A stretch of DNA of 64,000 nt from Candidatus Firestoneibacteriota bacterium (GCA_903891415.1 CAITEH010000052.1:3727-67726), one strand, 5' to 3'. Positions 1-9,877 are shown, numbered from the stretch's first letter. Notes: generated by a model not told the origin, from the sequence alone. Numbers and translations: made by a program.

Positions 1-1
1 A

Positions 2-868
2 GCTCTGGTAATAACAGGGATAGCACTGGCGGTATTTGGCGGCATATTTATATTCTATTATTTAGAGAACAGCGAGGAGCCGGAGGCAGTGCCTGCCAGC
101 GGCCCCGCACAGGAACGGGCGTATTATGATCGCGCGGAAAAAGCTCTTTTTTTGTGGGAAAAAGCCGGGAAAAAAAATGAAATTGAAAGAGCGCTGGCGG
201 AGCTCAGGGAAAAAAATATAGGAAAGCTCAAAGCCGAAAACCCCTACGTGGCCAACATGCTCGAAGGGGCGGGAACCGCCAAACCCGGACTGCCGGCAGA
301 AATAGAAACGGGTGCTGAAAAGAAGAAACTGATCAGAGCGGATCTTTTTACCTGTGCCGGCAGGCAGTTCTACGCGGCCCATTACAGGGGCGTTAAAGAA
401 AAAGAGCTCCGGTATTACGAGGATACGGATAAAGGCCTTGTTGAAATAAAACTTGAGGGCATGCTTCCCGCGGCGCTTTACGGCTTTAAAACGATAATGT
501 TCTCAAAAAATGATATCCCGGTCCTTGTCGCGATGATGTTCGCAAGCGATGATTCCTGGAGCACGCGTAATTTTTACATGATCGGCGCGGAAGGCAGGTT
601 CGAAAAAATATATTCTTTTGAAGGGTCCTGGGTGGAGGAACGCTACGCGGATCTTGACGATGACGGGATCCTGGAAATAATATTGCAAAGGCGGCTCAAC
701 ACGGCGCCGGAAGGCGCGGCCGAAATAATAAAAGAACTGAAAGCCAAGAACCTGAGCGGGTATAATGCGATCTTTTATGAGCATGAAATAATAAAATGGG
801 ACCCGAAGAATAAGAAAATGGTTAAGGCAGGCGCGATAATTAAGGCCGACTTTTCCCATAAGGAGTAA
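2..868 (+). CDS. Membrane-anchored hypothetical protein, 5'-partial
   Basis: Frame of ORF 89..868 is open back to base 2 and reads ALVITGIALAVFGGIFIFYY (TM helix). It contains an FG-GAP/VCBS-like DLDDDGILEI motif. Confidence 0.7.
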   Translation, partial: ALVITGIALAVFGGIFIFYYLENSEEPEAVPASGPAQERAYYDRAEKALFLWEKAGKKNEIERALAELREKNIGKLKAENPYVANMLEGAGTAKPGLPAEIETGAEKKKLIRADLFTCAGRQFYAAHYRGVKEKELRYYEDTDKGLVEIKLEGMLPAALYGFKTIMFSKNDIPVLVAMMFASDDSWSTRNFYMIGAEGRFEKIYSFEGSWVEERYADLDDDGILEIILQRRLNTAPEGAAEIIKELKAKNLSGYNAIFYEHEIIKWDPKNKKMVKAGAIIKADFSHKE

Positions 869-870
869 TT

Positions 871-1653
871 ATGCCTGAACTACCGGATCTTGAAGTGCTG
901 GCCGAGAATCTCGATAAGCTTACGGGCGGTAAAAAGATAAAAAAAGTTGTTGTCCTGAAAGATAAGCCGGTACAGCCCTTGCCGCCTGCTGAGTTCATCT
1001 CCTTTGTTGAAGGAAAGATAATCAAGTCGGTAAAACGGACAGGCAAACAGCAGTTATTCACCTTTGATGACGGCAATACCCTGCTTGTGCACCTGATGCT
1101 GCACGGAGAACTACATTACCTGCAAGCAGCCGAGCCATTACCTGCCTATGCGGTAGCGGCTTTTTATTTTGCCGAAAATAAAGTCCTTGTCTTTAAGGAT
1201 CATACCCAGTGGCTGAAACTCCGCCTTAATACCCAGGGAGAGTCCGTGATGGACCCGGTAACCAAAAAATTTACCCTGCAGTTTTTCAGAAAATTGATAC
1301 AGGATAAGCCGAAAAACGCGGTTAAGGAGATACTTCTGAACCAGGAAAATATTACCGGTATCGGCAGTGCTTATGCCGATGAGATCTGCTATAATGCTAA
1401 AATAAGGCCGCAGGCCTGTGCCGGGGACCTTGAAGAAAAAGACATTAAGCTCCTTTTCCATGCTGTTGTGGACACGCTGAAGGACGCTGTTAGAAAGATA
1501 AAAAAAGGTATGGCCGGGAATATTACAGGGGAGTTTACGGAGCATTTTGCGGTTCACGGAAAAAAGAAAGGCAAGTGCCCTTTGGGCCACAAGCTGGAGA
1601 CGGTAAAAGTGGGCGGCAGGGGCAGCGAATATTGCCCCATTTGTCAAAAATGA
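871..1653 (+). CDS. mutM: Fpg/Nei family DNA glycosylase/AP lyase
   Basis: N-terminal PELPD, RTGK lysine, H2TH LLNQENITGIGSAYADE, C-terminal zinc finger with GGR. Confidence 0.88.
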   Translation: MPELPDLEVLAENLDKLTGGKKIKKVVVLKDKPVQPLPPAEFISFVEGKIIKSVKRTGKQQLFTFDDGNTLLVHLMLHGELHYLQAAEPLPAYAVAAFYFAENKVLVFKDHTQWLKLRLNTQGESVMDPVTKKFTLQFFRKLIQDKPKNAVKEILLNQENITGIGSAYADEICYNAKIRPQACAGDLEEKDIKLLFHAVVDTLKDAVRKIKKGMAGNITGEFTEHFAVHGKKKGKCPLGHKLETVKVGGRGSEYCPICQK

Positions 1654-1771
1654 CGAAGTACGAATGACAAATGACGATATAATGAAAGCGGGTCAAAGAG
1701 GCCCGCTAATTTTGGAATAAATAATGCTTAGGAAGAATATATTGTACTTCGTAATTCGTGCTTTGTACTTA
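1648..1771. repeat. Inverted heptamer-array cassette
   Basis: Left arm AAATGAC GAAGTAC GAATGAC AAATGAC (1648-1675). Right arm GTACTTC GTAATTC GTGCTTT GTACTTA (1744-1771). Central hairpin AGCGGG..CCCGCT at 1687-1707. Confidence 0.75.
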
Positions 1772-1802
1772 CATTGTCAGCAATGGGGAGCTATTAACTA
1801 AG

Positions 1803-2771
1803 ATGAAAGTTAGCCGCAAACCAAGTATTATTATCACCATGGGGGATCCTGCCGGGATAGGCCCTGAAGTCGTATTAAAATCCCTCAAGGAAATTGTTGA
1901 ATTTGCCGACCCAATTGTTATCTGCGACTATGAGTTCCTCCGGAAAACGGCTAAACGCCTGCGGCTAAAAGTCCCTGATGTTTTTTATATAGATATGGAA
2001 AATATCGGGAAGAAAAAAATAATTCCTGGGAAAATAAGCGCGGTTTGCGGAAGAGCGTCTTATGAATATATAGAACTGGCCGTCCGGCTTGCCCGGGAGA
2101 AATTGGCGGAGGCAATTGTGACGGCTCCCATCACCAAAGGATCTTTTCACGCGGCAGGCATAAAATACCCCGGACATACCGAGATGCTGGCCGGTCTTAC
2201 AGGCACAAAAGATTACGCGATGATGCTCACCGGTGACCGTCTCAGGGTCGTGCTGGTCACTATCCATACTTCTCTTGCAAGCGTTCCCGGGCTTATTAAA
2301 AAAGAAAAGATCCTGAAAAAAATAACTCTTACCGCAAAATGGCTGAAAAAATACCTGAAAATAAAGCGGCCCGTAATAGCCGTTGCCGCCTTGAATCCCC
2401 ACGCGGGAGAGGGCGGTATATTCGGCAAAGAAGAAGCAAAAGAAATAATTCCCGCGCTAAAAGCCGCGCAAAAACTCAAGGGAGTTAAGGTCCTCGGCCC
2501 GGTCGTTCCCGATATTCTTTTTTATAAAGCCATGAAAGGCGCCTATGACGCGGTGGTCTGCATGTATCATGACCAGGGCCTGATACCGCTTAAAATGGTC
2601 GGCTTTGAAACCGGCGTAAATATTACCCTGGGCCTCCCTATCATACGTACCTCTCCTGATCACGGAACCGCTTATGATATAGCAGGGAAAGGCCTTGCTG
2701 ACCCGGGAAGTTTTATAGAAGCCGCAAGAATGGCTGCCCGGCTGGCCCAAAGTGAAGAGCACCTCAAATAA
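1803..2771 (+). CDS. pdxA: 4-hydroxythreonine-4-phosphate dehydrogenase PdxA
   Basis: ITMGDPAGIGPE, TAPITK, GHTE, LNPHAGE, MYHDQG and RTSPDHGTA motifs. ATG 1803 after GGGGAG chosen over GTG 1758. Confidence 0.95.
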   Translation: MKVSRKPSIIITMGDPAGIGPEVVLKSLKEIVEFADPIVICDYEFLRKTAKRLRLKVPDVFYIDMENIGKKKIIPGKISAVCGRASYEYIELAVRLAREKLAEAIVTAPITKGSFHAAGIKYPGHTEMLAGLTGTKDYAMMLTGDRLRVVLVTIHTSLASVPGLIKKEKILKKITLTAKWLKKYLKIKRPVIAVAALNPHAGEGGIFGKEEAKEIIPALKAAQKLKGVKVLGPVVPDILFYKAMKGAYDAVVCMYHDQGLIPLKMVGFETGVNITLGLPIIRTSPDHGTAYDIAGKGLADPGSFIEAARMAARLAQSEEHLK

Positions 2772-2790
2772 TTTCCGAATTAATTCTCTC

Positions 2791-2900
2791 ATCTGTGCGA
2801 TTCCACCACAAAGCGCTGGTGGATTTCGCTTCACTCAACTCTCTACCCATCCCTGCCCGCCGGTCTTTTTGGAGGGTGTGTCATCAGGCCACAAAGGCCT
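2791..2900. repeat. Truncated copy of the CACAGAT/ATCTGTG element with one CCACCA..TGGTGG palindrome
   Basis: 2791-2838 matches 51478-51525 at about 43 of 48 nt. TGTGTCATCAGGCC (2877-2890) is the exact reverse complement of 51338-51351. Confidence 0.8.
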
Positions 2901-2911
2901 CATTTTGGGCA

Positions 2912-2940
2912 TTGTTTTTTAAGCCAATCTAATATATAAT
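2912..2940 (+). promoter_or_regulatory. Sigma70-type promoter of nrdR operon
   Basis: TTGTTT (2912-17), 17 nt, TATAAT (2935-40). ATG lies 8 nt downstream with no SD. Confidence 0.5.
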
Positions 2941-2948
2941 AATCCTAT

Positions 2949-3398
2949 ATGAAATGTCCCTTTTGTAATTTTAAAAATGATAAAGTACTTGATTCGCGTG
3001 AAAGTAAAGACGGTAATTCCGTAAGACGGCGCAGGGAATGCCTTAAATGCTCCAAGCGTTTTACAACTTATGAGCAGGTGGAAAATATAATGCCTGTGGT
3101 CGTGAAAAAAGACGGCAGGCGTGAGACCTTTGACAGGTTCAAGATACTTAATGGAATAAAAAAAGCGTGTGAAAAACGGCCGGTTTCCATGGCGGCTATG
3201 GAAACAGTTGTACAGGATATAGAAAAAGCCGTGCATAACCGCATGGATAAAGAGATAAATGCCAAAGATCTTGGCGACCTGGTCATGGTGCAATTAAAAA
3301 AACTGGACCATGTTGCGTATGTGCGCTTTGCTTCCGTTTACCGTCAATTCAAAGATATAGGAGAATTTGTAGACGAAATAAAGAAGCTGCTTGGATGA
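2949..3398 (+). CDS. nrdR: Transcriptional repressor NrdR
   Basis: MKCPFC, RRRREC..C..RFTTYE, ATP cone, YVRFASVY. Confidence 0.97.
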   Translation: MKCPFCNFKNDKVLDSRESKDGNSVRRRRECLKCSKRFTTYEQVENIMPVVVKKDGRRETFDRFKILNGIKKACEKRPVSMAAMETVVQDIEKAVHNRMDKEINAKDLGDLVMVQLKKLDHVAYVRFASVYRQFKDIGEFVDEIKKLLG

Positions 3399-3414
3399 AG
3401 GGGGTTCTTGAACT

Positions 3415-5127
3415 ATGACAGTCTCAATGAAAAAGAAACTGGCGCAGATGCTTGTAGATGAAGGTATCATTTCCGACAACCAGCTGCAGGAAGCTCTGAA
3501 AGAATCAAAAGTCCAGAATGTCCGTCTCGAACAGGCCATTGTCAAGCTGGGTTATATCACCGACGAAGTTCTTATGGCTTTTATGGGCACCCAGATGGGT
3601 ATTCCTACCGTTAATCTCAGCGATCACGGGGAGATCGACCCCAATGTCGTTAAACTCCTTCCGGAAAATGTCTGCCAGCGGCAGATCCTTGTGGCGATCT
3701 CTAAAAAAGGGAATAACCTTACGGTCGCGATGTCGGACCCTTTAAATGTTTCCGCAATTGATGACATCAGGTTGATGACCGGTTTTGAAGTGACTCCTGT
3801 CTTATCAAGTGAAAGTGAAATTAAAGCGATGATCCAGAAGATCTTCAGCAATACCACGGCTGAGATGGAAGAAGTGATGAAGGACCTTGAGAATGTTGAA
3901 GATGTGGAACTTATGGCGGCCGAAGAGGAGATCGACGCGGCCAAGCTGGCGGCCGCTTCCGAGGACGCGCCCATTGTTAAACTTGTAAACGCGATGCTTA
4001 CCCGCGCTATCGAGGAAAAAGCTTCCGATATTCACCTTGAAATTTATGAAAAGATAACCCGGCTGCGCTACCGCATAGACGGCGTGCTCCATGAAAAAAC
4101 TGCGCCCCCGCGAAAAGTTTACGCGGCTCTGGTTTCCCGTTTAAAGATCATCTCCGAACTTGATATAGCGGAGAGAAGGCGTCCTCAGGACGGCCGCTGC
4201 AAAGTAAAAGTTTCCGGAAAAGAAGTTGACATGCGTGTTTCCGTGCTGCCTACCGGTTTCGGTGAAAAGGTGGTTATCCGCGTGCTTGATACTTCAAATT
4301 TACAGCTGGACCTTAACCAGCTGGGTTTTGAACCGGATATCCTGCAGCTTTATAAAAAAAATGTTGACGCGCCTTACGGCATGATCCTGGTAACCGGCCC
4401 TACCGGTTCCGGTAAATCTGTTACTCTCTTTTCCACGCTTGCGCTGCTTAATTATCCAGACGTTAATATCGTGACCATTGAAGATCCCATCGAATTCGTG
4501 ACCCAGGGAGTAAATCAGGTCATGGCAAACCCGAAAGCAGGGCTTACCTTCGCGAGCGGTCTAAAATCATTTCTGCGGCAGGACCCGGACATTATTCTTG
4601 TCGGGGAGATCCGCGACTCCGAAACCGCGCTTATTGCCATTAACGCCGCCCTCACCGGCCATCTTGTCCTCTCAACTTTGCATACTAACGACGCTCCTCA
4701 GGCCATGACGCGTCTTGATAATATGGGGGTGGAGCCCTTCCTTATCACCTCTTCTGTTATCATGGTCATTGCCCAGCGGCTTCTCAGAAAGATCTGTCCC
4801 AAGTGCAAAGAGGCCTACGAGGTTTCAGCTGAAGTGCTTGAAGATCTTAATATCAAACCGGCCGCAGGGGAAAAAGTTGTCTTCTACAGAGGCCTTGGTT
4901 GTTCCAACTGCGCTAATACGGGCTATAAGGGCCGGGCCGCTATTTACGAAGTTATGGTCATGAATGATGAGATAAGAAAACTTGTTTTAAAACACGCTTC
5001 CGGCACGGATATTAAAAAAATGGCCATAGAAACCGGGCTTGTTACCCTGCGTGAGGCCGGAATAAGGAAAGTCAAAGCCGGGACGACCAGTATTGAGGAA
5101 CTATTAAGGACCACGTCGGTAGATTAG
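3415..5127 (+). CDS. pilB: Type IV pilus assembly ATPase PilB (GspE/PulE family)
   Basis: MshEN-like N-terminus, ASDIH, PQDGR, GPTGSGKS, LRQDPD, CPKC..CSNC zinc motif. Confidence 0.93.
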   Translation: MTVSMKKKLAQMLVDEGIISDNQLQEALKESKVQNVRLEQAIVKLGYITDEVLMAFMGTQMGIPTVNLSDHGEIDPNVVKLLPENVCQRQILVAISKKGNNLTVAMSDPLNVSAIDDIRLMTGFEVTPVLSSESEIKAMIQKIFSNTTAEMEEVMKDLENVEDVELMAAEEEIDAAKLAAASEDAPIVKLVNAMLTRAIEEKASDIHLEIYEKITRLRYRIDGVLHEKTAPPRKVYAALVSRLKIISELDIAERRRPQDGRCKVKVSGKEVDMRVSVLPTGFGEKVVIRVLDTSNLQLDLNQLGFEPDILQLYKKNVDAPYGMILVTGPTGSGKSVTLFSTLALLNYPDVNIVTIEDPIEFVTQGVNQVMANPKAGLTFASGLKSFLRQDPDIILVGEIRDSETALIAINAALTGHLVLSTLHTNDAPQAMTRLDNMGVEPFLITSSVIMVIAQRLLRKICPKCKEAYEVSAEVLEDLNIKPAAGEKVVFYRGLGCSNCANTGYKGRAAIYEVMVMNDEIRKLVLKHASGTDIKKMAIETGLVTLREAGIRKVKAGTTSIEELLRTTSVD

Positions 5128-5140
5128 GAGGTAACGGGGA

Positions 5141-6205
5141 ATGTTTACGATAAATGATCTGCTCAGGGTTTTGTTTGAAAAGAATGCCTCGGACCTTCAT
5201 CTGACTTCGGGAACTTCGCCGGCTTTACGCATTGACGGGGATATTATTACCACGGAACTTGAAAAGCTTACCCCGGAAACCTGTCAGGAACTTGTTTACG
5301 GCGTATTAACGGATGAACAAAAAGAAAAATTTGAAAGAGAGAATGAACTGGATCTGGCTTTCGGCGTGAAAGGCCTGGGCCGGGTCAGAATGAATGTCTT
5401 CCGGCAGCGGGGCGCGGTGGCTGCGGTAATGCGTAACATTCCTTCCAAAATTGCGACTTTCGAAGAACTCGGTTTGCCTGAAGTTGTAAGCACCACCATT
5501 GTAAAGCTCCCCAAAGGCCTTGTGCTGGTAACCGGCCCTACCGGTTCCGGTAAATCCACTACTATTGCCTCAATAATAGATTATATTAACAGTGATAGAA
5601 AAGGGCACATTATTACCGTTGAAGATCCCATAGAATATGTTTATCATCACAAGAACTGCATAGTTAACCAGCGGGAGATAGGTGTTGATACGCCGAACTT
5701 TACCTCGGCTCTACGGCATATACTCCGGCAGGACCCCGATGTCATAGTCATAGGTGAAATGCGCGACCTGGAAACTATACAGGCGGCGCTGACCATAGGT
5801 GAAACAGGGCATCTTGTTTTTGGCACGCTCCATACTACCGATGCCGTGCAGTCCATAAACCGTGTAATAGATGTTTTTCCGCCGCACCAGCAGCAGCAGG
5901 TAAGGACGCAGCTTTCCTTCACTTTACAGGCGGTTCTTTCCCAGACCCTGCTTCCCAAGGCCTATTCCGGCGGGAGGGTCGCGGCAATTGAAGTTATGAT
6001 GCCTAATTCCGCCATCCGCAACCTGATCCGCGAAGATAAAGTCCACCAGGTCTATTCGACCATGCAGACTTCCGGGGAATCCGGCATGATCACGTTAAAC
6101 CAGTCGCTTTTTAATTTATACCAGAAACAGCTGGTTACTTATAATGATATTATGTTTGCTTCTCTTGACCAGAAAGACCTGCAAAGAATGGTCAAAGGTG
6201 TTTAG
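5141..6205 (+). CDS. pilT: Type IV pilus retraction ATPase PilT
   Basis: ASDLHL, GPTGSGKST, LRQDPD, AIRNLIRE signature. Confidence 0.96.
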   Translation: MFTINDLLRVLFEKNASDLHLTSGTSPALRIDGDIITTELEKLTPETCQELVYGVLTDEQKEKFERENELDLAFGVKGLGRVRMNVFRQRGAVAAVMRNIPSKIATFEELGLPEVVSTTIVKLPKGLVLVTGPTGSGKSTTIASIIDYINSDRKGHIITVEDPIEYVYHHKNCIVNQREIGVDTPNFTSALRHILRQDPDVIVIGEMRDLETIQAALTIGETGHLVFGTLHTTDAVQSINRVIDVFPPHQQQQVRTQLSFTLQAVLSQTLLPKAYSGGRVAAIEVMMPNSAIRNLIREDKVHQVYSTMQTSGESGMITLNQSLFNLYQKQLVTYNDIMFASLDQKDLQRMVKGV

Positions 6206-6216
6206 GAGGAAAACTA

Positions 6217-7431
6217 ATGGCTGTATTTAATTATAAAGCGAAAACCGCGGAAGGGGCCGTTATTTCCGGAGTAATGGAAGCCGAGAACGAAAGAGTACTG
6301 ACGGCCAAACTTAAAGGCCAGAAACTGACCCTGGTGTCCTCGGTGCTGGAAAAAAAGAAAAGACTCGCGGGCAGGGGCGGTAAGGTCACAGTTAAAGATC
6401 TCTCGGTCTTCGCCCGGCAGTTCGCGACCATGATCTCGGCGGGCGTGCCTGTCTTGCAGTCACTTAACATTATCTATGAACAGGTCGAAAGCCGTAAATT
6501 AAAAGAATGCCTCGGAAAGATCAGGGAGGATATCGGGCAGGGGCAGACCCTCTCGGACGCCATGGGTAAACATCCTGAAATATTTTCAAATCTCTTCGTG
6601 AATATGGTGAAAGCCGGGGAAACCGGCGGTATTCTTGACGGCATACTGCAGCGTCTTTCCACTTATCTGGAAAAAGCGGACGCGCTCCGTAGAAAGGTTA
6701 AATCGGCGTTAACTTACCCCGTGATGGTGCTTGGCGTGGCTTTGGGCGTTACCGTCTTTCTTATGGTGGCGGTTTTACCGACTTTTAAGACTGTTTTTGA
6801 AAGTTTCGGCTCAAAACTTCCGGCTCCCACGCAGTTTGTTCTGTCTATTTCTGATTTTATGCAGTCCTTTTTTAAACCGCCGCAGGTCTTTATTGAAGCG
6901 GGAGTGGTAGCGGGTGTCTGGTTTCTGCTGAACCGTTATATGAAGACCAGAAAAGGACAGCTCCAGTGGGATGGTATTCTGCTAAAAATGCCTATGTTCG
7001 GTATTTTAATAAAAAAAGTAGCCGTTGCTAAATTTGCCCGTACTTTAGGCACCCTTATTAAATCCGGTGTGGCCATACTTGAAGCCCTTGAAATTACCGC
7101 GAAAACCTCCGGTAACCTGGTTGTAGAAGAGGCCATTATGAAAGCCCGCGCGGCTATCCGTGAAGGTGAAAATATTACCGGGCCGCTTAAGGACGCCGGT
7201 ATATTCCCCGTGATGATAATTCAAATGGTCTCGGTGGGTGAAGAAACGGGTACTATTGATGATATGCTTATCAGATGTGCGGATTTCTATGACGATGAAG
7301 TTGATACTGCTGTCGGCGGTTTGACCTCAATGCTGGAACCTCTTATTATGGCCTTCCTCGGCGTGGTTATCGGCGGTATCGTTATCGCCATGTTCTTACC
7401 TATGTTCTCCATGAGTGAAGTTGTAGGTTAA
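6217..7431 (+). CDS. pilC: Type IV pilus platform protein PilC (GspF family)
   Basis: RQFATMISAGVP, AGETGG, KSALTYP, GEETG, EP..MAFLG. Follows pilB-pilT. Confidence 0.94.
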   Translation: MAVFNYKAKTAEGAVISGVMEAENERVLTAKLKGQKLTLVSSVLEKKKRLAGRGGKVTVKDLSVFARQFATMISAGVPVLQSLNIIYEQVESRKLKECLGKIREDIGQGQTLSDAMGKHPEIFSNLFVNMVKAGETGGILDGILQRLSTYLEKADALRRKVKSALTYPVMVLGVALGVTVFLMVAVLPTFKTVFESFGSKLPAPTQFVLSISDFMQSFFKPPQVFIEAGVVAGVWFLLNRYMKTRKGQLQWDGILLKMPMFGILIKKVAVAKFARTLGTLIKSGVAILEALEITAKTSGNLVVEEAIMKARAAIREGENITGPLKDAGIFPVMIIQMVSVGEETGTIDDMLIRCADFYDDEVDTAVGGLTSMLEPLIMAFLGVVIGGIVIAMFLPMFSMSEVVG

Positions 7432-7446
7432 GAAAAGGACTTTAAA

Positions 7447-8448
7447 ATGTATGCCGGTTCCAAAATTATAGGCAAAGATCTTCGTTTGATCAACAGCAAG
7501 CTTATGTCTATTGCTTCCCGGGCAGACAAGTTAGTGCCTGGAATTAAAAGCCATTTGTTAAGCGGGGGTAAAAAACTACGCCCGTCGCTTTTAATGCTTG
7601 CTTACCGGGTCTTTCGTTCCGGAAATAAAGACCGCTATTTGAAACAGGCTCTTGATTTTGGAGCCGTAATAGAGACCCTGCACAATGCTTCCTTATTGCA
7701 CGACGATGTAATAGAAGATTCCGGTATTAGAAGGGGCCGGCGGACCATAAATTCTCTTTATGGCAATAAAAAAGCAGTTCTTGCCGGGGATCTTTTGACC
7801 GCTTTTTCCATGTCTCTCCTTTACAACCTTAAGAGTTCAAAAACAATAGAAAAAACCCTGCGGCTCTTTGGCCGCGCTGCGCGGGAGCTTGTAAAAGGCG
7901 AAATAGAGGAAGTAACCGGCCTTTTTAAGTTAACTATCTCCGAAAAAGAATATTTTGACGTTATTACCGGTAAAACTGCGGGGCTTTTTATGGCAGCTTC
8001 TGAAGCGGGCGCGGTCCTGGCGCGCGCCGGTAAAAAGCAGACAAAAGCTTTAAAAGAATACGGCCGGCATCTCGGTCTGGCTTTTCAGATCATAGATGAT
8101 ATCCTTGACCTTACGGGAACGGAAGCGGTGCTGGGTAAACCGGCGGCCTCAGACCTGCTCGAAGGCAAATTCACTTTACCGGTTATTTACGCGCTGCAAA
8201 AAGCGGATAAAATAGAGAAAAATAGAATTAAGAATATTATGTTGAATATCCGCAAAGGAAAAAAAGAAGCCGGCGGGGTGGAATATATAGTTGAAGTAAT
8301 TAAAAAATACGGCTGCCTGGATGCGGCTTATGTCAAAGCGAAGGAACAGGTGAATAAAGCTATTTTCGCGTTAGAAAAACTTCCGAAAAATGAATTCAGG
8401 CGCGCGCTCGAAAAAGCCGCTTCTTTTGTTTTGGAACGCGAGCGCTAG
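7447..8448 (+). CDS. Polyprenyl diphosphate synthase
   Basis: GGKKLRP, LHDDVIED..RRG, KTA, FQIIDD..D, GK...SDL.EGK.TLP. Confidence 0.92.
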   Translation: MYAGSKIIGKDLRLINSKLMSIASRADKLVPGIKSHLLSGGKKLRPSLLMLAYRVFRSGNKDRYLKQALDFGAVIETLHNASLLHDDVIEDSGIRRGRRTINSLYGNKKAVLAGDLLTAFSMSLLYNLKSSKTIEKTLRLFGRAARELVKGEIEEVTGLFKLTISEKEYFDVITGKTAGLFMAASEAGAVLARAGKKQTKALKEYGRHLGLAFQIIDDILDLTGTEAVLGKPAASDLLEGKFTLPVIYALQKADKIEKNRIKNIMLNIRKGKKEAGGVEYIVEVIKKYGCLDAAYVKAKEQVNKAIFALEKLPKNEFRRALEKAASFVLERER

Positions 8449-8479
8449 TTAAAATAAAAATTATGAAGGAGAAAAAGAA

Positions 8480-9649
8480 ATGGATATCAAGTCAAAACTG
8501 AATATGAACGTAATTAACGCCCCCATGTCGGGAATAAGAAAGATCTCGGATATGGTCATGCAGATGAAGGATGTTATCAGGATGGACCTGGGAGAACCTG
8601 ATTTTGATGTTCCTGAACACATTAAAGAAGCGGCTATTTATGCCATAAAAAGCGGTTTTTCCCATTACACTCCCGGTCCCGGAATTTTGGAACTTAGAAA
8701 GGCCGCGGCTTCCAGGTTTAAAAATGATAACGGCCTGGACTATGACCCGGAAACGGAGATCACGGTCACGCAGGGCGGTGTCGGCGCCATATATTCCGCG
8801 CTTCAGACCCTGGTCAATCCCGGGGATGAGGTGATCGTTTCTGACCCGGTTTGGCCTGTCTACCTCGGGATACTTGGAATTCTGGAAGCAAAGCCGGTAC
8901 TTGTCACGCTTAAAGAAAAAGACGGCTTTAATATGCTGCCGGAAGAAGTTAGCAGGAAGATCACCTCTAAAACCAAGTGCATTGTAATAAACAGCCCCAA
9001 CAATCCGACGGGCGGGGTTATGACCGAAGAGAATATAAAAGCCGTTGCAAAAATAGCCCGGGAAAAAGGAATATTTGTTCTTTCCGATGAGTCCTATGAA
9101 AAACTTATTCTCGGCGGAAGAAAACATCTCTCGATAGGGTCGCTTCCCGGCATGCGCGACCTGACGGTTACGCAGTTTACTCTTTCAAAAACCTACGCGA
9201 TGACAGGGTGGAGAATAGGTTTTGCGGTGGCGAACAAGGAGCTTTCCGCGGGTATAAGAAAGGTTTCGCTCTATACAATTACCCATGCAAACTCTGTCGC
9301 GCAAAAAGCGGCGGTCGCGGCGATAAACGGCCCGCAGGATTGTGTCGCAAAAATGGTACAGGCCTTTAAGGAGAGGTCCAAGATCCTTGTGGACGGTTTA
9401 AATGCCACCGGCAAGATCACGTGCATACAGCCGGAAGGGGCTTTTTATGCTTTTGCAAATATTTCCGGGCTGAAAATGAAGTCAGAAGAATTCGTGCTTA
9501 GAATGATAAAAGAGGCCGGGGTCTCGGCCGTAAATGGTTCTGCTTTTGGCGAAAGCGGAGAAGGTTTTGTCAGATTCTGTTTTGCTAACTCGCATGAAAA
9601 TATCCGGGAAGCGGTCAAGAGGATAAGCGCGTTTACCGCTAAACTCTGA
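8480..9649 (+). CDS. PLP-dependent class I/II aminotransferase
   Basis: GEPDF, NSPNNPTG, SDESY, SKTYAMTGWRIG, GAFY. Confidence 0.93.
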   Translation: MDIKSKLNMNVINAPMSGIRKISDMVMQMKDVIRMDLGEPDFDVPEHIKEAAIYAIKSGFSHYTPGPGILELRKAAASRFKNDNGLDYDPETEITVTQGGVGAIYSALQTLVNPGDEVIVSDPVWPVYLGILGILEAKPVLVTLKEKDGFNMLPEEVSRKITSKTKCIVINSPNNPTGGVMTEENIKAVAKIAREKGIFVLSDESYEKLILGGRKHLSIGSLPGMRDLTVTQFTLSKTYAMTGWRIGFAVANKELSAGIRKVSLYTITHANSVAQKAAVAAINGPQDCVAKMVQAFKERSKILVDGLNATGKITCIQPEGAFYAFANISGLKMKSEEFVLRMIKEAGVSAVNGSAFGESGEGFVRFCFANSHENIREAVKRISAFTAKL

Positions 9650-9697
9650 TCTTAAAATTTGCAGCATAGGCCCTGTTACAGGGCCTGGGGGGAATAT

Positions 9698-9877
9698 ATG
9701 GGCAATATAGGGTTACCTGAACTGGTAGTTATCCTGGTTCTCGCTCTCTTGATCTTCGGCGCCGGAAAACTTCCGGAGGTCGGAAGATCCCTGGGCAATT
9801 CTATCAAAGAATTTAAAAAAGCAATGAAGGATGACGCTCCGGATACCGGCAAAGCTTCAAAAAAAGCCAAGAAGTAA
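9698..9877 (+). CDS. tatA: Twin-arginine translocase TatA/TatE
   Basis: [32 protein letters not shown] 9698 after GGGGGAA. Confidence 0.93.
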   Translation: MGNIGLPELVVILVLALLIFGAGKLPEVGRSLGNSIKEFKKAMKDDAPDTGKASKKAKK

